The position numbers were made by a program, and so were the translations under genes. A stretch of DNA of 63,999 nucleotides, filler included, from Malassezia furfur (Eukaryota): NCBI GenBank assembly GCA_052055015.1. It is 3 parts of 3 records of this genome, joined end to end, with 100 filler letters (N's around TTAATTAATTAA, not from the genome) between each part and the next. Parts side by side here need not be neighbours in the genome. Positions count along the whole stretch, not along the records: positions 47,262 to 63,999 come from JBQJIT010000242.1; 2 more parts are not named here. One strand, written 5' to 3'. The notes under the pieces were generated by a model that worked only from the letters and a program-made list of their open reading frames with translations, made no database searches and was not told the origin of the DNA. Shown piece after piece: positions 51,458 through 61,899 of the stretch. Position 1 is the first letter of the stretch. Every line of letters starts with the position of its first letter.

Positions 51458-52856
51458 ATGGGGTGGAATTGCCAGCGGTGCGGGCAACTGCTGCAGCTCG
51501 ATGCGAGCCTCGAACAGATTGACAGCGAGACCATCGATGAGGCACGCAAGGTGGTGATCGAGGCATTTCCAAATGCCGCTCAGGACGTATCCCACGACGC
51601 GGACGAGCAATGGCGCGTACTCCACGTGCTGCCAGAGGTGCGCGACGCCGTCCAGGCACAGATGGACGCGTACAAGCCCCCCCCGCACCGACGGCCTCCG
51701 CGGACAGCGATGTATCACTCCCGCAATACACCTTGTTTCACGCTTTGTCATCGGATGCCCCCCGCTCGTCACAAGCAGTGCAGCACCCGCTCTGCGAATC
51801 GTGCACGCTCCAGGTACTCGAGGACCAGTCAGCGCAGATTGACCTGGCCCGCCAGGAGCGCGATACCCTCCAGACGCTCGAGCGTGAGCTTGTGCGGCTG
51901 GCCCTGCTTGACGGCGACATGGAGATGTCCGTCGAAGACAAAGCGCGATGGCAGCGCAAACAAAACGCCATCCGGCGCGAGATCGGCGAGGTACGCCCAC
52001 ATACTCACCTAGATGGACGCCGAGACGCAACGGCTCGAGAAAGAGCTCGCAGACTACGATACCGAGGAGGCCAAACTGCATGCGGAGCTCCGAAATGCGC
52101 GGAAAGAAGACGAGACGCTTGAACAACAAGAGACCGACTTCTGGCGCGATTACCATGCTGCCACCGCCGAACTTGCGCAGTGCGAGTCGGATGTAGCCAA
52201 GGCCGATGCACAGGTACGCAACGACAACGAAATGCTTGCGCATCTCGAGCAATCCGATGCATACACCGACGTCTTTTGCATCGAACAGGACAGCCGAGGT
52301 ATGGCCTCCATTAATGGCCTGCGTCTGGGCCGCCTGAGCTCGAGCCAGGCGTCTACGGCGGGTGACCAGGTCGACTGGCCAGAAATCAATGCCGCCTGGG
52401 GCCAAACGGCGTTTCTGTTGACCGTGCTTGCACGTAAGCTTGCACTGCAATTCACGGCCTATCGCATTCATCCCAGAGGCTCATTTAGCACCGTGGAGCG
52501 GTTGGAGCCGGACAAGGCCACCTACGAGTTGTACGGGACAAGCGAGTGGCAGCTCGGAAGGCTGCTTCACTCGCGCCGTTTCGATCATGCTATGGTCGGC
52601 ATGCTGACATGTGTACGCGAGCTCTGCGAAAAGGTGCAGGAGCTCGACCCTGCTGCGACCTTACCCCACACGTACGTGACGCTCTTATTCAGCATCGAGA
52701 GAGATACCATCAGCGGCGCGAGCATACGACTACAGTTTAGCCAGCCAGAGATCTGGACACGTGCTGCTCGATACCTCTTGTTTACGTACGTACGCGCCCA
52801 CTCACGACAGTCTCCGCGCGCTCTTGTGCTGGACGTTAGAGAAGCCCCATGTGTAG
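51458..52856 (+). CDS. ATG6: Beclin-1/Atg6 (Vps30)
   Basis: WNCQRC, HPLCESC, coiled coil, SINGLRLGRL, VDWPEINAAWGQ, FDHAMV; frame change near 51680. Confidence 0.9.
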
Positions 52857-52945
52857 CCTTACCAAGCATCACGTGCCACTAAAGTCTTCCGCCAGGGAAG
52901 CGACGATCTTCGCACGTCGTCGGCCACTGTAGCTGCTCAGCCACT

Positions 52946-53548
52946 ATGCCGATTACACAGAGCGGGCACCCCGGGCAGGACCATTCGCGTGACCCCTGCC
53001 CGTGGGTCATTCTGAACGACTTCGGTGGCGCGTTCGCCATGGGCTGTATTGGTGGCACAATTTGGCACGGCATCAAAGGCGCCCGGAACTCGCCGCGTGG
53101 CGAGCGCTTCCTGGGCTCCGTCTCGGCCATTAAGGCGCGCGCGCCTGTCCTCGGTGGCAACTTTGGTATTTGGGGTGGGCTGTTTACGTCGTTCGACTGC
53201 AGTGTCAAATCCATCCGCCAGAAGGAAGATCCATGGAACGCGATCATCGCCGGCTTCTTCACCGGCTCTACGCTCGCCATCCGTGGCGGTCCCAAGACCG
53301 CCGCAGGCGCCGGTGTCATGTGCGGCATTCTGCTCGGTGTCTTTGAGGGTGTGTATTGCGCACACACTGTTGACCTCAGGTGTCGGTGTTCTCATGCAGC
53401 GTCTGCTTGCCGAAAACAACAAGCCGGTACGTATTTCCTGTGGCTCACCATCAGATTGCTCCCATCATGTACGTGCTCTACCCACTCACAGCGCAGCCCC
53501 GAAACGCCCGTTGCGCCTGCGATCGCGCCAACGACGACCTCGTCCTGA
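52946..53548 (+). CDS. TIM17: Mitochondrial inner membrane translocase Tim17
   Basis: [50 protein letters not shown]; 3' introns with a 14-nt micro-exon. Confidence 0.96.
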   Translation: MPITQSGHPGQDHSRDPCPWVILNDFGGAFAMGCIGGTIWHGIKGARNSPRGERFLGSVSAIKARAPVLGGNFGIWGGLFTSFDCSVKSIRQKEDPWNAIIAGFFTGSTLAIRGGPKTAAGAGVMCGILLGVFEGVYCAHTVDLRCRCSHAASACRKQQAGTYFLWLTIRLLPSCTCSTHSQRSPETPVAPAIAPTTTSS

Positions 53549-53622
53549 TTTGCATTCCCTTTTTTTTTGCGCAACAGGACACCGGTGTAGTATTCGTGTC
53601 GTACCGTGCAAAAAAGTATTCC

Positions 53623-54667
53623 CTACGTCTCCAAGATGGCATATGCTGTCCACTGTGCTGCACACAGTTGTAATGCGCGTGTTTTTGGCGAGAAGATGGG
53701 CATGGGTTCCTCGGTAGCGCTCTCACTGAGTTGGCCCATTTCTCCATGCTCATCTGCGGTCAGGTTTCGAGAGACGTACTGCTCCCCATGCCAAAAATGG
53801 TGCCATGCTCATCCAAGAAATAGGAGCTTGATGCGCCGCACGCGATGGCCACAATGTCCGTGTCGAGCTCGACAAGCGTAGGGGATTCGACATGGGCCCC
53901 GGGCAGCCAGCCCCATACGTAGCAGTCGCCATCCTCGGTTTGTACAAGTGAATGCCGGCTTCCACAGGCGACGCTTTGTACAATCGAAGGAAACGCTTCG
54001 ATTTGTGAGAAAAAGTCGACAGGGTGCAGGTCGGTTGCGTCAAGCCCTAACGCAACGTCCCCGAGCTGCCCAAATCGATTGTCTCCTGTCGCAAATACTT
54101 GATGTTGCGAATGTGTTGCAAGGAATACAAAATGCGCACCTCCAGCTGCGACACAATGACAGGCAACGTCGTCACCCGTGCGTGCTTGGCGCAGTATGTA
54201 TCCGCCTTTCCCAGCCTTCCCATCCCATGTTGCCCACTCAGCAAGTGACGGAAACAGGTAAGGAACGTGATCGTCTGGGTAAGTCCTCCGTACGAACCCG
54301 TAATAGCAGCAATGCGCCCCCGCAGATCCATAGCAGCATCACGCCAAACAACGTCGCCTCCTTGCATCCGAAAGGCTGGTCCATATTTTAGTTGGCCATG
54401 CTCGATACATGCTTCAAAGCAATCCTGACCCACGACACACTCCGTATCCGGGGAGATTTGCACTCCGGTGGTTGAACCGTCAGGCAAGCAAGGCTCGAAC
54501 CCGAGCTGGTACAGCTGATCTCCTTCACTGAATAGTACTTGCGAGCCGCTCACCGCACAGATTCTGTTGGCATTTCTGATGGCTACAGGTGTGCTTACAA
54601 CCAACTCGGTCAACGGTCGTCCCAGCTGCCCATGTGCGTTGGAGCCCCAGCCGTACAACGTCGGCAT
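53623..54667 (-). CDS. RCC1/BLIP-II repeat protein
   Basis: LYGWGSNAHGQLG; hand-translated middle exon VAAGGAHF..GDNRFGQLG..VACGSRHS..IACGASSS..GS|NEHGEMG; two introns. Confidence 0.82.
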
Positions 54668-54722
54668 GGCATAGTGTCTGTGCGAAGCGAGATCGGGCTG
54701 GATCGGGTGCTTCTTCCTTGAC

Positions 54723-56281
54723 ATGCTTTCGCAACTAAGATCGGCCGCGCGCGCTTTGGGCGGGCGTGGTACGCTTTCTGTTCGACGATATACCACACAC
54801 AATGTTCAAGAGACTTTTCTGGACACACTAGAAAAACGGAGTATGGTCCAGGCCACGACCTCGAGTGCACTGCGCTCCCATATGGCTTCCACCAAGGACG
54901 GTGCATTCGTACCGCGCACAGTATACGCAGGTGTGGACCCTAGTGCAGCTAGCATGCACGTTGGAAACTTGCTTCCATTGCTTGCTTTGCTCCACTGTGC
55001 ACTCCATGGGCACACAGGGCTCGTTTTGGTATGTGTATTGGCTCACCAAGATTGGCGGAGGAACCGGCGCTATTGGAGATCCATCGGGTCGCTCTACCGA
55101 ACGATCGGCCTTGGACGCAGCACAGCTGGCCACAAATGTCGCATCAATCCGAGCACAAATGTATCAATTCTTTCACAATGCTGCTGCTTACCTTCAACGC
55201 CGCGGTCTGTACAAAAGCGAAACGAATGAGTACACGACGGAGAACAGCGGCGGTCCGACGGGCGAGCATCTTTTCTCCTCCGGACTCGACATCCGTATTG
55301 TGAACAATGCTACATGGCTGAAGCCTGTGTCAATGATTGAATTCCTTTCCAACGTTGGACGATATGCTCGCGTCAACGATATGATGGCACGCGACAGTGT
55401 CAAGAACCGTCTTGCACCTGGTGATAATGGTGCTGGCGCACAGGGACTCTCCTTCACAGAGTTCACCTATCAACTGCTTCAAGCCTATGACTTCAGCGTA
55501 CTGCACCGAGAGCCGTACCATTGTTCGCTTCAAATCGGCGGCTCGGACCAAATGGGGAACATCAGTGCCGGAATCGACTTGATTCGCCGGCAGGAAGCAG
55601 CAAAAGGTGCCGACATTCGTGAAGACCCTGCGTACGGCCTTACGTTGCCACTGCTCACTACGGCGAATGGGACCAAACTGGGGAAGTCTGCGGGAAATGC
55701 CGTCTGGATTAGCCCCGAGATGCTGTCAGACATGGACTTCTACCAATACTTTTTGCGCAGCGCTGATGCGGATGTGGGTCGCTTCTTACGCTCCTTGACC
55801 CTTTTGCCTGTCGAACGCATTAAAGAGGTTCTAGAGGAGCACGAAAAGGACCGCTCTAAGAGACATGCCCAAGAGGTGCTTGCTGCGGAGATGACAGAGC
55901 TCGTTCGAGGAGAAGATGCTTTGCGTCGTGCCAGGGTAGCCACCAAGGTCTTGTTTGGCACGCGTCTGGACGAGTTGCAGACCAAGGATGTCCTTTTTGC
56001 TTTTAAGAATGACCCCCGTCTTGTGCATATCTCGCGCAATATGCTGGGAACTGAAGTACTCAATGTGGCTGTCCAGTCAGGACTGACACCATCGAAGAGT
56101 GCGTACTTTATTTATTAACACAGGTGAAGCGCGGCGACTCCAGAAAGGAGGAGGCCTTTACTTAAATGGGAAACCAATCGCATCTCCTCAACAGAGCTTT
56201 ACCCAAGAAGATCTTCTGGACGGTGAATTTGCTGTCCTACGGGCGGGAAAACACAACCACAAGCTAGTAGTGATGGCATAG
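54723..56281 (+). CDS. MSY1: Mitochondrial tyrosyl-tRNA synthetase
   Basis: YAGVDPSAASMHVGN (HIGH-like), IGDPSGR, EFTYQLLQAYDF, QIGGSDQ, KLGKSAGNA, S4-like C-terminus; two introns. Confidence 0.95.
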
Positions 56282-56332
56282 TGGGATATTACCACCATAT
56301 AAATCAACGGGCTATATTAGGATGTTGGACCT

Positions 56333-56439
56333 GCGGCTATCGTCTAGTGGTTTAGGATCTCACCTTCCCATGTGCCTTATTGGCGGGTGTTTAAGCTCGG
56401 AAGTAGGTGAGGACAGGAGTTCGAACCTCCTTAGTCGCA
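56333..56439 (+). tRNA. tRNA-Gly(CCC) with a 34-nt intron (56371-56404)
   Basis: Acceptor GCGGCTA/TAGTCGC, D-arm TAGTGG, anticodon stem TCACC/GGTGA with TT-CCC-A, T-arm AGGAG-TTCGAAC-CTCCT, discriminator A. Confidence 0.9.
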
Positions 56440-56440
56440 C

Positions 56441-56448
56441 TTTTTTTT
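56441..56448 (+). terminator. Pol III oligo-dT terminator
   Basis: T8 run immediately after the tRNA. Confidence 0.8.
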
Positions 56449-56503
56449 GTTTTGGTGTTTTATTACAGATTCGTGCAACAACCCCGCATTTTTACGCTAT
56501 ATG

Positions 56504-57097
56504 TCACAGTTTTGCTTTCCTATGGAGCACTTTCTGAAAGCAAGAGGTGAGCTCATCCCCTTCTTCCTGTGTAAGCTCGTCGCGCCTTCCTAGCATGGCG
56601 AGTGTCGGCGGGGCGTCAAATTTTTTCAATACTGACGGCGATCCGTCCGGCAACGGAGCAGGGACAACGTGAAAGTGCACCTGTATTAGACAATAGACAG
56701 AACGTACATGGTCCACAGCTTGCGCATATTCTTGATTCGCAGCCACTTGGAGACCCGTTATGCCAAACGCTAGGTCAGCACTTTCGTGCTCGTACCTTTC
56801 TCCATAATTTGCGCAACTGCAACAACAGTTTGCATCAATGCAGCGCTCTGACTAGAACTGAGATCTGAAATATTCTTGACATGGTCTTTGGGGATGACCA
56901 GGATGTGACCTGAGGTGAGATAGGATCGACTTACCGGCTCGAATAGGTAAGATGTCCAAAAAGGCCACGCATTCATCGGTTTCGTACAGAATGTATGCCG
57001 GCTCCTTGCCTTCTATAATACTGCAAAAGATGCAGGATTCACCAGGCTTGCGCTGATCATCTTGCCTCTTCAGTCTGGAGAGCAAGTGCGAGGTCAT
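56504..57097 (-). CDS. HNT1: HIT-family nucleotide hydrolase (Hnt1-like)
   Basis: CIFCSII..AFLDILP..GHILVIPK..QAVDH|VHFHVVP; three 25-27 nt introns. Confidence 0.88.
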
Positions 57098-57153
57098 GGC
57101 GGAGCGAAGCCCGTAAGGTCGCGCACGCTCCCACCTCCACTTACACACCGCGC

Positions 57154-57606
57154 ATGGACTCCGGCGAGGCAACCCAAAATGACACGCCCCTATACCGGCG
57201 GAGCGACTCGAAGCGCGAGGCGTACGGTTTTGTCCTGTACGTATTTGCCTCTGTCTTGTGGGTGTTGTGGTGCCTTTGGGCCATTTGTCCCGAATGGCTC
57301 CTGATCCGTGCGGGAATTGAGTGGTTTCCACGCCGAGACTGGGCCTACGTCCTGATCACATGGTCCCTTGTCGCCCTATTGACTGTATACTTCACCTTTG
57401 GTGCTTTAAACTTGTATCATACACCATCCATCGACTCAATGGACTGTGTCACGGACGATCGCGCGAACATATACGATGCCCTATCGAAACCCTTGCCTCC
57501 CATGACCCTTGCTGAGACGGGCTATGCCGACTCGCCGCTGTGTGATGATGTCTATGACCTTTCTCCAGGGTTTGTATCGCGGGCTTTATACTTGAACGAG
57601 GGCTAG
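57154..57606 (+). CDS. GPI19: GPI-GlcNAc transferase subunit PIG-P/Gpi19
   Basis: EAYGFVLY, two TM helices, FPRRDWA, DDRAN, DVYDL..VSRALY. Confidence 0.88.
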   Translation: MDSGEATQNDTPLYRRSDSKREAYGFVLYVFASVLWVLWCLWAICPEWLLIRAGIEWFPRRDWAYVLITWSLVALLTVYFTFGALNLYHTPSIDSMDCVTDDRANIYDALSKPLPPMTLAETGYADSPLCDDVYDLSPGFVSRALYLNEG

Positions 57607-57645
57607 ACTCTATTGGCAGCAGCACCTGCCGGCCACAATTGGCAA

Positions 57646-59050
57646 CTATGGAACCCACTGTGGGGCGACTCCTACATACTGTCCCACGTCTGACACGGCG
57701 CGTCGTCGCTTCATCGGCTGTGCATCTAGGCCCTCGAGGTTGCGCTCCCAATGTGCATTGCACTCCATCAATTGATCGTGCCGGGAGTTCAACGTGCTCA
57801 GCTCTCCATGCAGTGCGTCGATGTGAGTCGAAAGTGCCTCAATCTTTTGGGCACGCGCATCTTCATCGGCCAGAGATGCGATTTCGGCCAGCAAATCGGC
57901 CTGCTTGGAGCGTTGCGCATATGCCTCTTCGTACCAGGCCACCCGATCTAGTTCCTCCTCCAAATGCGCCACATGAGCACGCAGCTGTGTTTCGTTCTGC
58001 AATGCCGCTTGGAGTGTAGCATCGACGTGCGCTTTGGCCTCTTGTTGCAGACTCCGCTCCTTGGCATGCAACGCAGACAACACTTGGCTGTGCACGGCGT
58101 GGGTGTGATTCAGCTGTGCCTCCAGCCAGGCGCAGCGGTCTTCCGCCATTTGCAGCTTGGATTGGTACCAGGCGGCTTCGGCGGTTGCGTGCTGTTCGGT
58201 GAGGCGCGCATAGGCAAGCCGGTCCTCATCCAGCTCGACCAAGGCTGCTCGGTTCTCGAGCTCGTCTTCCAATGTATCGCAGTGGGCTTGCAGATGACGA
58301 ATTTGGGTATGTGCCTCTTCGAGGTCCAAAAGGAGCGCATCACGTTGTGCCTGCGTGGCGGCCAGCTGTTCTGCGGTCTCAGAGTCGTCTTCTGCATGAG
58401 AGACAACCTGGATGGGGGCCGATCGGGGGGCAAAGGGTCGCGGGGGTGTCTGCTGTGCCAAGTTCCCAGCAACCCGCGCAATGCATCGAAGATTGGTCTG
58501 GAGCAGCTCCTCGACTTCGCGCTGCTCCTGCATCTCGTCGAGCTGAGCAGCAAGGTCGGCGCAACGTGCCGCGTGTGCCTCCGCTTCAGACTCGGCTTGG
58601 GCACGCTTCTGTTGTGCCTCTTCCAAAGCGCGCTGCGTGACCTGCCCTTTGCTCATATGTATCGCGCGCTCCTTGTAGCGCGCGATGGTCGTTTCCTGTT
58701 TTTCCAGCTGTGTTCGGAGTTTGAGCTCGCGCTGCCGTCCGAGCTCTGGGTGAGTAGAGTCACATACGAATTTCTGTACGTAGATCCTCACGCTCATTTT
58801 GCAGAGCATGTTTCTCCTTGCGCAGGTCATCGAGCAAGGCCTCGGCCATGCGTGCGATCTCATCCGCCGGCTTGTTCCTGGGAAGGGCCTGGGTATGGTA
58901 GGGAATATTCTCGCGCTCCTCCAGCGGCATGAGACTCGCACGAGGTGTACGAGACTGAGGAGTTCGTATAGGGAGCCTCGAGTGGACATCCGATGCACGC
59001 CGTGGCGTCTGCGGCACCGGAATCATCGGCCTCCCCGGCGTCCGCTCCAT
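57646..59050 (-). CDS. Long coiled-coil hypothetical protein
   Basis: MERTPGRP.. with TP/RxL-rich N-terminus, 22-nt intron near 58746-58767, then an extended E/Q/A/L heptad region. Confidence 0.72.
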
Positions 59051-59511
59051 GGCTCGAGAACAACACTGGACGCGTTGGTCACGTGCTGTGGGGCCTCGGT
59101 CGTGTCAATGTCATTTCGCAATGGGGAGTGCTACCCTAGATGCTGTAAGAATTCCTCTATGGAAAGTGTATCTTTGGAACCTATTGCACCGACGAAAGTG
59201 GGATTGAAAGGAGGCTATCGTAGATTACGAAAATGCGTATGCGTTGCATTTGAACTGGGAAGACTTGGATCGCACACTGAGGACACGCGCATTTTTGAAT
59301 AGATTACTAGGAGAATCATGTCTCATGGATAGCAATGTGTCTAAGGAAACATCGTTACCACGCGCGGAATTTCTCCTCCTGGAAAGATTCATTCATTTTC
59401 GGAAGAGTCAGTTAATCTGGGGTCATGTTGTATTTGCCACATGGCAAAACCACCAAATTTTTTATTCTGAGGGGTATCTTGGGGACCCCGCAAATGAACC
59501 CCGTTTGCATC

Positions 59512-59660
59512 ATGAATCCAGAAGATATTGAAATTACGGACGATGTAATGAACAACTTTCCAGCACTCGTAGTTTTCCAATGCAGAACTACAGAACAAGA
59601 AGTTTGGCTATATCGACGATGTAAAGGTCACCGGAGACGTTATTACTGGCATTCTTTATT
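59512..59660 (+). pseudogene. Frameshifted, truncated copy of the 60098/61120 gene family
   Basis: MNPEDI.. start; after a frameshift near 59572 it reads SNAELQNKKFGYIDDVKVTGDVITGIL, aligning with PKEELKNKMFDKIDKAKINQDMITGVL. Confidence 0.8.
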
Positions 59661-60097
59661 TGATGCAGTTGCATCCACTTCACGGCTCTAGAAAAACACT
59701 ACACGTGTCGGTCATGCATTATGCGAACTCGGTCATGTCACGCTGCTATACGCGTGCTACCCTAAGTGCTGTTAAAACTACTTTTGTACAAATATTTGAA
59801 GTAAGCCACATTGATGGGAGATCGGATCTTTGAAAATGTGAGCCATAGACATAGGAATTGCTATTTCAGGATGAACTACTGAGGAGAGCCATTCCTGATG
59901 GGCGGCCACGCGTCACGGGAAAATACTTTCCATCGTGGGTAGATCTCTTGGCAAAACAAACTCTTTCATGTTGGGAAAAGTTTTTCATCTAAATTTTTAA
60001 TCTTGAGTAATACTTTAATTTTGCCACATGGTAGAACTACCCAAGTTTCAATATGTGACGCACTCGAGGAACCCTACTTACGTCCTTTTTCCACGCC

Positions 60098-60658
60098 ATG
60101 AATCCAGAGGATTTTGACTATGTGACGCATACACGCTCGAGTGATGGCATCGTGGGAATACCAAAGGAGGAGTTGAAGAACAAAATGTTTGACAAGATCG
60201 ACAAAGCCAAGATCAACCAGGATATGATCACTGGTGTTCTTGAGGAACTGGGCAGTTCTGCAAACAATTGGTTTTACTATTTTAATTGTTCCCATATTCA
60301 GGCGTTTAATCCTTACTTGTCTGAGGAAGACCAGAAGGAGATTTACGACAAAGAACGCATTGTGAAAAGGCGTCTTCGTTTTGATGGATATGCTGTGATT
60401 ACTTTGGCCGAAGAAGGATTTCGTTTGGAAGACTACGAGAAGTGTGAACCAGGCGAAGGGTTAAAACTTGAATGGAAGCGACTACCGGAGATACTCAACG
60501 AAATGGACCATTTGTGCACATGTTGGATCGGTTACCCATTCATGCGGGGGCTTATCCGCAGTGGGAACTACTTGAAACCAGGGGAGCAGAAAGATGAAAA
60601 TTGTGACCTTGACATGTCGATGTACTACCGAGAGTTAAGACAAGAACACCGTTCATGA
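60098..60658 (+). CDS. Orphan 186-aa protein, paralog B of the AT-rich tandem family
   Basis: Intronless ORF, gap-free alignment to paralog C. Confidence 0.85.
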   Translation: MNPEDFDYVTHTRSSDGIVGIPKEELKNKMFDKIDKAKINQDMITGVLEELGSSANNWFYYFNCSHIQAFNPYLSEEDQKEIYDKERIVKRRLRFDGYAVITLAEEGFRLEDYEKCEPGEGLKLEWKRLPEILNEMDHLCTCWIGYPFMRGLIRSGNYLKPGEQKDENCDLDMSMYYRELRQEHRS

Positions 60659-61119
60659 TTGCAGTCATTATAAGATATTTGATGCGGCAACGCCCGCTTT
60701 CGACTCGAGAACAACACTGGTCGCCGTAGTCAAGTGCTGAGGGTACTCGTTCTTGTGTCACTTTGCTGTATTAATACTTCCTTACCCATACGATAGCTAC
60801 TTTCGTGAGGGCAGATATATTTAAAGCTGATGACATTATCTAGAGATTGGATCTTGGAAAAAAGGTGTATGCTACATCTGCGCTGGAATAATGTATATCA
60901 TAGGCGTAGGGGTCGCTATGTTTAGATGGGTTACTAGGAGAGGCGCTCCTTTCGGGTGGCGGAGAATCATTCGCCACAGCTGTAATCCCTCGTGTTGGAA
61001 AGACTGGCTCATCTTGAGTCATTCATCTGAAGAGTCATACTTTGCCACGCTGCAGAGCCACCAAAAATACAATATTAGTAGCGCAACGCGGGCACCTCGC
61101 ACATCCCAATTCCCATATC

Positions 61120-61695
61120 ATGAATCCAAAAGATTTTAAGACTGTGGACCAAGCCCTGCAAGGTCTCTCACTGATGAAAATCCCAAAAGAAGAGTTGGAG
61201 AACAAGATGCTTGACATGATTGATGAAGACAAGATCAACCAGGATCTCATCACTGGAGTCCTGGAGGAATTGGGCAGCTCTGCCAACGACTGGTTCTACC
61301 ATAATGAATTTTACCATATCAAGGCGTTCAATCCGTACTTGCCGAAGGACAAACAGGAGCAGATCTGGGCCAAAGAACACATCGTCAAAGAGCGTCTTAG
61401 GTTTATCGGACCTACTGTATTTGAATTGTCAGACGAAGGATTCAGGCTGGAGGACTACAACAACTGTGCACCAGGGGAAGGGCTAAAACTTAAATGGCGG
61501 CGGCTACCAGAAACGCTCAACGAATTGGACGATATCTGCACGTGTTGGATCGGTCCCCCATTCCGGCGCGGTCTCATCCGCAGTGGAAAGTACCTGAAGC
61601 CAGGGGAGCAGAAAGACGAGAATTGCGCACTTGACATGTCGATGTACAAACCAGATCCGGCCCAAGTATTTACCTTTGATCGTGACTCACCTTAA
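61120..61695 (+). CDS. Orphan 191-aa protein, paralog C of the AT-rich tandem family
   Basis: ATG at 61120 (MNPKDF); about 119 of 176 residues identical to paralog B by manual count. Confidence 0.85.
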   Translation: MNPKDFKTVDQALQGLSLMKIPKEELENKMLDMIDEDKINQDLITGVLEELGSSANDWFYHNEFYHIKAFNPYLPKDKQEQIWAKEHIVKERLRFIGPTVFELSDEGFRLEDYNNCAPGEGLKLKWRRLPETLNELDDICTCWIGPPFRRGLIRSGKYLKPGEQKDENCALDMSMYKPDPAQVFTFDRDSP

Positions 61696-61899
61696 TTTTC
61701 ATTTCGCTGAATAGCATCGATTTTGTTCAATACGTAGTTTTTTATACAAAAAAAAGGAGTGGGTTGGCTCGGACCGTGGCGCGCGGTCATGGTACTGAAT
61801 TCGCTGGCCGTGTCGATCCCGCTTCGTTGCGCGCCAAGCTCCGCGGAATCCGACACATACACAGAACAATCTGTCGTTTGCAGGCTATACGATGGGTAT

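Larger units (their letters stand above)
59053..61695. repeat. Three diverged tandem units (A about 59053-59685, B about 59686-60703, C about 60704-61695)
   Basis: CTCGAGAACAACACTGG at 59053 and 60704, variant CTCTAGAAAAACACT at 59686; shared TTGCCAC..ACC and CATGAATCCA blocks in every unit. Confidence 0.85.

Noticed and set aside
59053..60720. 17-bp direct repeat as transposon ends, LTRs or CRISPR repeats
   Set aside because: No transposase, reverse transcriptase or integrase motifs, no terminal inverted repeats and no regular spacer array; better explained by tandem duplication
59100..61760. AT-rich island as a centromere
   Set aside because: Only moderately AT-rich and occupied by intact paralogous ORFs; described Malassezia centromere cores are much more AT-rich and gene-free
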